Shown here: piece by piece, positions 57,062 to 64,000 of the stretch
Layout of the letters: each line of letters begins with the position of its first letter
How positions within the stretch are numbered: position 1 is the stretch's first letter
Assembly: GCA_045600905.1 (NCBI GenBank)
Contig: JAZRYT010000179.1
Location: 777 to 64,776, forward strand
Length of the DNA stretch: 64,000 nt
Origin: Bacteroidales bacterium
GTDB lineage: Bacteria; Bacteroidota; Bacteroidia; Bacteroidales; WCHB1-69
Reading direction: 5' to 3'
Notes under the pieces: model-generated
What the model was told of the DNA's origin: nothing
The model's database searches: none
What the model saw: the letters and a program-made list of their open reading frames with translations, nothing else
Position numbers and translations under genes: made by a program

Positions 57062-60000
57062 TTAATTATGGTGAACCATAATTTTTCTATTTACAAAGTG
57101 GCCGTCGGCCAATTGTATTCTGATTAAGTAGTAGCCAGTGGCATAGCCGCCCAGCTGGATTTGTGTGAAAGTATCGTCATCCACTGCTTCAACCTTAATC
57201 AAGGTACCCAAAGCATTATAGACATATACCTTCTGCATATTTTCACCACTAACATTCAAGACATCAGATGTCGGATTCGGATACATATTGAATCTTGCAT
57301 CATCGGAATATTCAGCGACACCGTCATTATTAATCACGTGCAACGTCAAGTGGACAATACTGTCACAACCGTTCACTGTATAGTTTTGAATATCGTATGT
57401 GAAATCTCCGACTTCATTCGGAATAATGGTCAAACCGTAATTGCTGTATTCGTGCGTGCGAATAGCCGAATCTTCAACGAATATATCGTATGTAGGATTT
57501 ACCAAGAGGTTCAAGACCAAGACACTGTCGCAACCCGTAGAGGAAACCAACGTGTCGAAATAAACGCCAGCTTCATCGTATTCGTGTCCGCGCCATTCGT
57601 AAGGCGTGTTATCACAGGTCTCCGCATTCGTCACAATCTGGTAGGTTCTGTTCACAGTAAGCACCAAATTGACAATGCTATCGCAACCGTTTTCAGTCTG
57701 CAGCAGTTGTTGGTCATAAACCACGCCATATTGTTCGGGCAGTGTGTCGAAGCCGAACTGCTGATAGTAATCGCCTTGGCAGATAGTGTCATAAATGGTC
57801 ACTGTGGCAGTTTGATTGACCGTGAGGAACAAATGATAGACATCGTCACAGCCGTATGCGTTCGGAATGGTGTCCGTATAGAGACCGGAAGTGCTCAATT
57901 GCAAACCGCGCCAGGTGTAAGGCTCGTTGCTACAGGTAGCAGCCGTGTCGTAATAGTTGTTAGACGGATTCACCGTCAAATTCAACGTATAGATACTATC
58001 GCAGCCATTGGCGGTAGCAAGGCTGTCATAGAATACGCCGCTTTCAGACAAGTTCTGTCCGTGCCACGGATAAGGAGCCTCACTGGAGCAGATCACCACC
58101 TGTTCGTTGATATGGTATGTGGGATTGACAATCAAGGTCATCAAGTAAATGCTATCGCAACCGGAAGCAGTCTGCAGAGAAACGGTGCGCGTGCCTGCGG
58201 CATCAAGGCTCATACCGCGCCATACAAACGGAAGTTCATTGTCGCAAACCACCATTGTATCTGCGAACAAGTATGTCGGATTAACTGTCAAGTTCAATTG
58301 ACAAATGCTGTCACAACCGTAAACGCTATACAATGTGTCTGTCAAGACATAGGAGCCGGCCGTTGTAGGAATCGTTACCGCATTGTGACCTTCCCAGACG
58401 AAAGGAACATTGTCACAGGTTTCAGCGACATCTGCAATGAAATAGGTAGGACGTACGGTCAAAGAGAGTTTCCAAATGCTGTCACAGCCATTGGCGGTCT
58501 GCAGGGAATCGAAAATCTGGTAAGAGCCGGCAGCCGTCGGGATGACTACACTTTCGTGACCATTCCATACGTAAGGTTCGTTATCGCAAGTCTCAGCCGT
58601 TTCTTCAAAGGAATAGACAGGATTAACCGTATAGGTCAATGTATAGACGCTGTCGCAACCGGATTCCGTTGCAAAGACAGCGATAACCTCAGCATTAGCC
58701 ACAGGTTGTGCCAAGCTGATCACCTCGCCGTGATAGTTGTAGGTGGAATTCATTTGGCAGAATGTCATATTGTCCGTAAAATGATACGTAGGATTAACTG
58801 TGAGTGCCATTGTATAAACGCTGTCACAGCCAGCAGCAGTTTGCAAAGAATCATAATATACACCAGAGAGATTATACTCGGCGCCACGCCAAACGACAGG
58901 CAGTTCGTTATCGCAAACGACGACTTCCGTATCAAATTGATAGGTCGGATTGACGACCAGGTTCAGCGTATAGATACTGTCACAGCCTTCAACGGTTTGC
59001 AATCTGTCGGAAAGTTGAGCAGAAGCCGTCAAAGTACGACCGCGCCAATTATACACCTGGCCGGCACAAATAGTATCAATCGTGACGAAGTGGTAGGACG
59101 GATTGAACGTGGCTGTCATCATATATACATCGTAGCATCCGGTTTCAACGTTGTCAACCGTATCGGTATAAACACCGGACTGTGTCAACTGACGACCCCT
59201 CCACTCTATCGTTTCGCCTTCACAAGAAGTTTCAGTTTCTGTGTAAAGCATAGAGTTCATCACATTCAAGGTGAGTTTATAGACGCTGTCGCAGCCGAAC
59301 TGTTGGGAAGCGAGAGAATCATAATAGACACCGGCAGCAGCCAAAGACTGGTTATGCCATACGATAGGCAATTCATAGCTGCAGACGGTTTGTGTTTCCT
59401 CGTTGAAATATACAGGAGCCTCATTTACGGTAAGGGATACGATGCTGTCACATTCGTTTTCGCGGGCAAATACGACGGTGTAAGCACCAGCCTCGTTAAT
59501 CGTGCTATCGCCATAAACGACTGGGAAATCATTAGCGCAGACAAAAATCACATCCGTTGAAGTCGGGTTAGGTTCAACCACTAAGGTAACCACCACCGTA
59601 CTATCGCAAGATTGCGGCGTGCTGTAATGAATCGTTGTTGTTCCTGCTTCTGCTATCAAAGTACTTCCATAATGATACGGGAGCTTGTTGGCGCAAGCAT
59701 AAACGGTATCAAAATGCAGGTATGTCGGATTGACATTCAAAGTCAGGGTTGTAATCGTGTTGCATCCGTCAACTTCTGTACGGACAACCTGATAGACACC
59801 CGCCTGAGCAAAGACGGAGTCTTGATAAGCGTATGGCAATTGGTTATCGCAAATGGTAACAGTTTCTTCCTCATAATTGAATGCTTCGACAGAGAAATGA
59901 ACTTGGAAAATGCTATCGCAACCGGCAGCCGTTTGCAGAGAGACGATTCTCATCGTGCCATTATCTTCCAAATCGAATTGTTCTCCGTTGAAGGTGTAAG

Positions 60001-63000
60001 GAAGAGCGCCTTGGCAAACGGCAATATTGGTATCAATGAGATAGGTCGGATTAACCGTCAAATTCAAAGTAACGACACTATCGCAGTTAAGAGAAGATGT
60101 GAGTGTGACAGGATAGCTGCCCGTACGGACATATTCCCTACCGTTGAACAGATAGCTTTCGCCATCACAAATGGAAGCATCAACCGTAGTGTAAAGCACA
60201 GGTTTAACGGTCAAGTTCAAAACCATCACGCTATCGCAGCCGTATGCTGTATGGAGAGAATCGTAAATCACATATTCGCCAGCCTCTGTCGGAATCGTCA
60301 CATTGTTGTGGCCATTCCAAACATACGGGGTATTGTCGCAAGTTTCCGCAGTTTCTTCCCAATAATAAGCAGGATGAACGGCGTAATGCAACGTAAAGAT
60401 GCTGTCGCAACCATATTGGCTGACGAACGGCACGGTAAGAGCCGTCATAGCGACAGGTTGGGAAAAATCAATGATGGAGCCGTGGTAGTTGTATGTAGTA
60501 TTGGATTGGCAGAAGTCAACCGTATCGTTCACGTCATACTTGGGATTCACTGTCAATGTCAAGGTAACGACGCTATCACAGCCGTTAACGGTTTGGCGAT
60601 TGAAAGTCATCACGCCGCTTTGACTACCAACAGCGAAGACCGTATCACGCCATTCGTAAGGAAGTACGTTTTCGCAAATGGTCAAAGATTCCTGCTGGTT
60701 GAATGTCGGATGAACAATCAAGGTCAAATCCACGATACTGTCGCAACCTGCCACAGTATGGAAGTTGAAGCTATACTGCGTAGATTGTGTCAAAAGTGTA
60801 TCGCCAAATTGGAAAGGCTCATTGTCACAAGTCTCAATGGTCAAAGATTGGCGATACGTCGGGAGCACGTTCAATGTAAGGGTGCGAATGCTGTCGCAGC
60901 CGTTGGCTGTAATCAAATTTTCAACCATAGTGCAAACACCAGCCGTTTGGGGCATCGTATCAAATCCGTTTTCATTATAGCGTTCGCCCAAGCAAATCGT
61001 TTCTGCAAACTGCAAGTCGTAAACGGGGTTCACCGTCAGTGTGAGAACCACGGTGCTGTCACAACCATATTGTGTAGGAACGACCTGTGTGTAGGTAAAC
61101 GTACCGACTTCCGCCGTTGAAATATTTTGGAAGCCATAGCGACTGTATGCTTCGTTTTGACAAACGGCATCAGACAATTCAGTAGTATTCAAATCGTGGA
61201 CGAACAAGTTCAAGATGACCACGCTGTCACAACCATTGTGAGCTGTCAGATTCAACTGATAGACACCTGGTTCTGCCGTATCGAAACCGTTTTGGTTATA
61301 AACCTCACCCTGACAGATATGAGCCTGCAAATTGGTCACGTATGCATCGCTGACGGAAAGATTCAAAGTAACAATACTGTCGCAGCCATTCACGGTAGTT
61401 TCTTCAAAGACGTAGGCTCCGGCTTCTTCAATCACTTTATTGCGCCAACGATATGGAAGAGCCGTAGCGCAAATCACTTCGGATACATTTTCATTATATA
61501 CAGGATAAACGGTTAAATGAAGGATGGTGGTGCTATCACAGCCGTTCACGTTAACATCATCGTGTTCCAATAAGTAATCACCACTGCGCGTAAACATCGT
61601 GGAAAATCCATATTTGCTATAAGCGGTATTGGCACAAACCACGTCATACAAATCCACGCGGTCACCGTGGTTGACTGTCAAATGAAGTCTGACGATGCTA
61701 TCGCAATGATGAACGGTTTCAAATGATTGTGTATAGATTCCTGTAGAAGTATAGGTTTCATTATTCCAAGTATAGCTGTTACAAGCTGTTTCATAAATAT
61801 CCTGTTCGACTGAATTGTAAATAGTCAAATGAAGCGTTACGACGCTATCGCAGCCATTCACTGTATTGAAATGTTGCACATAATCACCAGATTGCGTATA
61901 AGTTTGATCATTCCAAGAGTAGCTGTCACAATTTGAAGCGCTAAACTCAGAAGTTTCAGACGGGAAAATCGTCAAATCCAAGGTGACGACTGAATCGCAA
62001 CCATTAGCGGCTGTAAAGGTTTGCGTATAGGTACCACTTTGCGAATAACGAATATTATTCCAGGTATAAGCATCACATTCGGAATGTGAGAAACGATACT
62101 GCTTCACAGGTTTCACGCAAATAGAAAGATTCACAATGCTGTCGCAGCCATTGGAAGATACTATATTGAGTTCTCTAATATAGTCACCGGCCTGTGCAAA
62201 AGTTTCTTGAACACCGTAATTGTTATAAATCGTATTTTGGCAAATGGTATCAAAAATTGTCTGTGGTTGATAAACCGGATAAATGGTAATACTGAAATCG
62301 GAAGGAGCGCTTTCACAAACCAGGTCTTCGTGAGATTCAATATGTGTAACTTTCAAAATAGAAGATTGTGAAATCAACCCCGTATAATAATTGTCATCAT
62401 CGGATTGCAATTGCATAGGATTCATAGTGGCATCATACCAACGGTAGTCGCCCGTAGTAGGTTTAGCAACGGCAAACGTTTCAGGGCCGCAATTGGACAC
62501 TGGAGAAATCACGGCGACGGATGGGATGTCATAGACCGTTGCCGTCACCTCCGTACGAGTAGTGCTAACACAATTCGTATTGGCATTATAGCTTTCAACG
62601 AAGAAAGATTGTTCTGCAGTCACATTGGGGGCATACGTCAAGCCATCGTGCAAAGAAGTAGTAGCTGAAGCAGTTCTATACCAACGGCAAGTTGTAGCAT
62701 TATCGTCAATTTCAGCGGAGAGCGTCACGACGCCACTACCGCAACGTGACTGATTGCTAATGACGGGAGCAACGGGAATAGCATTGACCGTGGCTGTAAC
62801 GGGCACGCGCGCACTTTCGCAATTCGTATTGGTATTATAAGAAGACACGAAATAAATGGTGTTTTCAGACAATGAAGGCTGATATCTGTTTTCATTGGAA
62901 AGGGCAACAGATGATAGGTCATCCGCATACCATCTGCATTCGGTAGCGTTCGCGCCTCTATTAGCTATCAGAGTCACCGTACCGGTGCCGCATCTTACCG

Positions 63001-64000
63001 CATTTGTCACTGTTGGCACAGCAGGTTGCGGATTAACGACCAAAGTCAACGTAATCACACTGTCACAACCAACCGCATTCGGAATCGTAACGGTATAGGT
63101 TCCAGCTTGGCTGAATTCCCTTCCATTATACAATATTGGCAGTGCATTGCTACAAACGGTCATAGTTTCCGCAAAAGCTGTGGATTTCTTCACTGTCAAG
63201 TTGATTGTAACAACGCTGTCGCAATTATGAGAAGAGGTAAATGTGTGTGCTAAGACATCGGATTCCGTATAGGTTTGGCCATTCCATACGAACTGGTCAC
63301 AAACCGTTGTGTCAATATGTGTTGTTGCGGAATGACGAATGGTCAAATTCAACGTAACGATACTGTCACAGCCATTCACCGTGGAGAGTGTCTTCGTATA
63401 TTGTCCGCTTGTTGTATAAGAATCGCCTTCCCAGACGTATTCATCGCAAGCGACCTGATTATCTACCACATCAGTATAAACTGGGAAGATAGTCGCTGTA
63501 ACGGCAGCAGGTGTGCTGGCACAACCTGTCGTCTGGTTTTTATTAACAGCGTAGAAAGTGGTCGTATGGGAGAGTTCTGGGGCGAAGTTTGCACCAACGG
63601 CAACAGAATCGGCAGTTGCGGCATCTGCGAACCAAACGACAGCACAACCGTTGTCTGCCACAGCGGAAAGCGCCACGCTACCCGGACCACAATTCGTATT
63701 GGCGTTGACTTGCGGCACAGCTGGAATGGAACCGACCACAACTGTCACTGGAGTTTTGGTACTTTTGCAATGCGTTGCATCATTAATGGAAGCAACCAAG
63801 AATTGGGTTGTTTCTCTCAATGTCAAGGTTCGGTAAGTACCTTGGCTCAACTCTTCTTCAGAAGCATTGTACCATTGAGTATGGCAGTTTGCCTCTTCCG
63901 TTGTGGCGGAAAGCGTCACAGAACCGGAGCCACAAATAACGGGCACATTGGCGACGGATGGTTGCGCAGGAATAGCATTTATGGTTACATCGAGTTTTTT
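57062..64000 (-). CDS. Giant T9SS type A cargo protein, 5'-truncated by the window edge (more than 2310 aa visible): Ig-like repeats followed by about 34 tandem two-Cys 'GCDS' modules
   Basis: The frame stays open to position 64000. Codons upstream of the track's GTG at 63946 read ...KLDVTINAIPAQPSVAN, continuing the Ig-like repeat pattern. The C-terminus MYPNPTSDVLNV...GYYLIRIQLADGHFVNRKIMVHHN is a Por_Secre_tail type. Confidence 0.9.
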   Translation of the reverse strand, partial: KKLDVTINAIPAQPSVANVPVICGSGSVTLSATTEEANCHTQWYNASEEELSQGTYRTLTLRETTQFLVASINDATHCKSTKTPVTVVVGSIPAVPQVNANTNCGPGSVALSAVADNGCAVVWFADAATADSVAVGANFAPELSHTTTFYAVNKNQTTGCASTPAAVTATIFPVYTDVVDNQVACDEYVWEGDSYTTSGQYTKTLSTVNGCDSIVTLNLTIRHSATTHIDTTVCDQFVWNGQTYTESDVLAHTFTSSHNCDSVVTINLTVKKSTAFAETMTVCSNALPILYNGREFSQAGTYTVTIPNAVGCDSVITLTLVVNPQPAVPTVTNAVRCGTGTVTLIANRGANATECRWYADDLSSVALSNENRYQPSLSENTIYFVSSYNTNTNCESARVPVTATVNAIPVAPVISNQSRCGSGVVTLSAEIDDNATTCRWYRTASATTSLHDGLTYAPNVTAEQSFFVESYNANTNCVSTTRTEVTATVYDIPSVAVISPVSNCGPETFAVAKPTTGDYRWYDATMNPMQLQSDDDNYYTGLISQSSILKVTHIESHEDLVCESAPSDFSITIYPVYQPQTIFDTICQNTIYNNYGVQETFAQAGDYIRELNIVSSNGCDSIVNLSICVKPVKQYRFSHSECDAYTWNNIRYSQSGTYTQTFTAANGCDSVVTLDLTIFPSETSEFSASNCDSYSWNDQTYTQSGDYVQHFNTVNGCDSVVTLHLTIYNSVEQDIYETACNSYTWNNETYTSTGIYTQSFETVHHCDSIVRLHLTVNHGDRVDLYDVVCANTAYSKYGFSTMFTRSGDYLLEHDDVNVNGCDSTTILHLTVYPVYNENVSEVICATALPYRWRNKVIEEAGAYVFEETTVNGCDSIVTLNLSVSDAYVTNLQAHICQGEVYNQNGFDTAEPGVYQLNLTAHNGCDSVVILNLFVHDLNTTELSDAVCQNEAYSRYGFQNISTAEVGTFTYTQVVPTQYGCDSTVVLTLTVNPVYDLQFAETICLGERYNENGFDTMPQTAGVCTMVENLITANGCDSIRTLTLNVLPTYRQSLTIETCDNEPFQFGDTLLTQSTQYSFNFHTVAGCDSIVDLTLIVHPTFNQQESLTICENVLPYEWRDTVFAVGSQSGVMTFNRQTVNGCDSVVTLTLTVNPKYDVNDTVDFCQSNTTYNYHGSIIDFSQPVAMTALTVPFVSQYGCDSIFTLHYAVHPAYYWEETAETCDNTPYVWNGHNNVTIPTEAGEYVIYDSLHTAYGCDSVMVLNLTVKPVLYTTVDASICDGESYLFNGREYVRTGSYPVTLTSSLNCDSVVTLNLTVNPTYLIDTNIAVCQGALPYTFNGEQFDLEDNGTMRIVSLQTAAGCDSIFQVHFSVEAFNYEEETVTICDNQLPYAYQDSVFAQAGVYQVVRTEVDGCNTITTLTLNVNPTYLHFDTVYACANKLPYHYGSTLIAEAGTTTIHYSTPQSCDSTVVVTLVVEPNPTSTDVIFVCANDFPVVYGDSTINEAGAYTVVFARENECDSIVSLTVNEAPVYFNEETQTVCSYELPIVWHNQSLAAAGVYYDSLASQQFGCDSVYKLTLNVMNSMLYTETETSCEGETIEWRGRQLTQSGVYTDTVDNVETGCYDVYMMTATFNPSYHFVTIDTICAGQVYNWRGRTLTASAQLSDRLQTVEGCDSIYTLNLVVNPTYQFDTEVVVCDNELPVVWRGAEYNLSGVYYDSLQTAAGCDSVYTMALTVNPTYHFTDNMTFCQMNSTYNYHGEVISLAQPVANAEVIAVFATESGCDSVYTLTYTVNPVYSFEETAETCDNEPYVWNGHESVVIPTAAGSYQIFDSLQTANGCDSIWKLSLTVRPTYFIADVAETCDNVPFVWEGHNAVTIPTTAGSYVLTDTLYSVYGCDSICQLNLTVNPTYLFADTMVVCDNELPFVWRGMSLDAAGTRTVSLQTASGCDSIYLMTLIVNPTYHINEQVVICSSEAPYPWHGQNLSESGVFYDSLATANGCDSIYTLNLTVNPSNNYYDTAATCSNEPYTWRGLQLSTSGLYTDTIPNAYGCDDVYHLFLTVNQTATVTIYDTICQGDYYQQFGFDTLPEQYGVVYDQQLLQTENGCDSIVNLVLTVNRTYQIVTNAETCDNTPYEWRGHEYDEAGVYFDTLVSSTGCDSVLVLNLLVNPTYDIFVEDSAIRTHEYSNYGLTIIPNEVGDFTYDIQNYTVNGCDSIVHLTLHVINNDGVAEYSDDARFNMYPNPTSDVLNVSGENMQKVYVYNALGTLIKVEAVDDDTFTQIQLGGYATGYYLIRIQLADGHFVNRKIMVHHN

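Noticed and set aside
57161-61120. Very long plus-strand ORFs (799 aa at 57161-59560 and 502 aa at 59612-61120) antisense to the GCDS-repeat gene
   Set aside because: Their translations are low-complexity and rich in Arg, Ile, His and Val, with no signal peptides or motifs. They lie entirely opposite a minus-strand frame with about 34 coherent domain repeats and a T9SS CTD. Stop-free antisense frames are expected from the repetitive, codon-biased sense strand.

Overview
This is a chromosomal segment with a Bacteroidota character, probably Bacteroidales and Prevotella-like. That placement is an inference from T9SS C-terminal sorting domains, perfect TAnnTTTG -7 promoter boxes upstream of many genes, and the overall gene content. 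I call about 42 protein-coding genes. I could not recognise any rRNA, tRNA, CRISPR array, transposase or integrase.

Housekeeping genes:
- groES-groEL, enolase, a ParC-like type IIA topoisomerase subunit A, rsmI and tcdA
- a di-heme cytochrome c peroxidase, a MATE exporter, a TerC-family protein and a CPA2 antiporter
- a diacylglycerol-kinase-family lipid kinase, an LTA-synthase-family protein, two radical SAM proteins and an MBOAT/AlgJ-like pair

About one third of the window encodes predicted type IX secretion (T9SS) cargo:
- a 2902-aa protein of alternating choice-of-anchor-J-like and Fn3 modules (14082-22790, minus strand)
- a protein of more than 2300 aa that runs off the window edge and carries about 34 tandem copies of a roughly 70-aa two-cysteine 'GCDS' module (57062-64000, minus strand)
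- an amidase-CUB-LamG protein
- a CHB_HEX_C-domain protein
- two proteins with type B (gliding-motility-type) C-terminal domains

The most system-like locus is a tightly packed four-gene minus-strand operon (33088-28280). It encodes an ECF sigma factor, a single-pass membrane protein with a proline-rich linker and a type B T9SS CTD, an M16 homolog that lacks HxxEH, and a multi-Fn3 type B cargo protein.

Non-coding observations:
- Many intergenic spacers are built from degenerate 7-nt tandem units, often carrying a stop codon.
- A REP-like double-hairpin element occurs at three loci.
- A direct repeat of roughly 140 bp brackets a small ORF.
- A 350-nt gap with coding-like GC content has no credible ORF.

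All functional calls come from motif recognition and memory of protein families. No database search was run.
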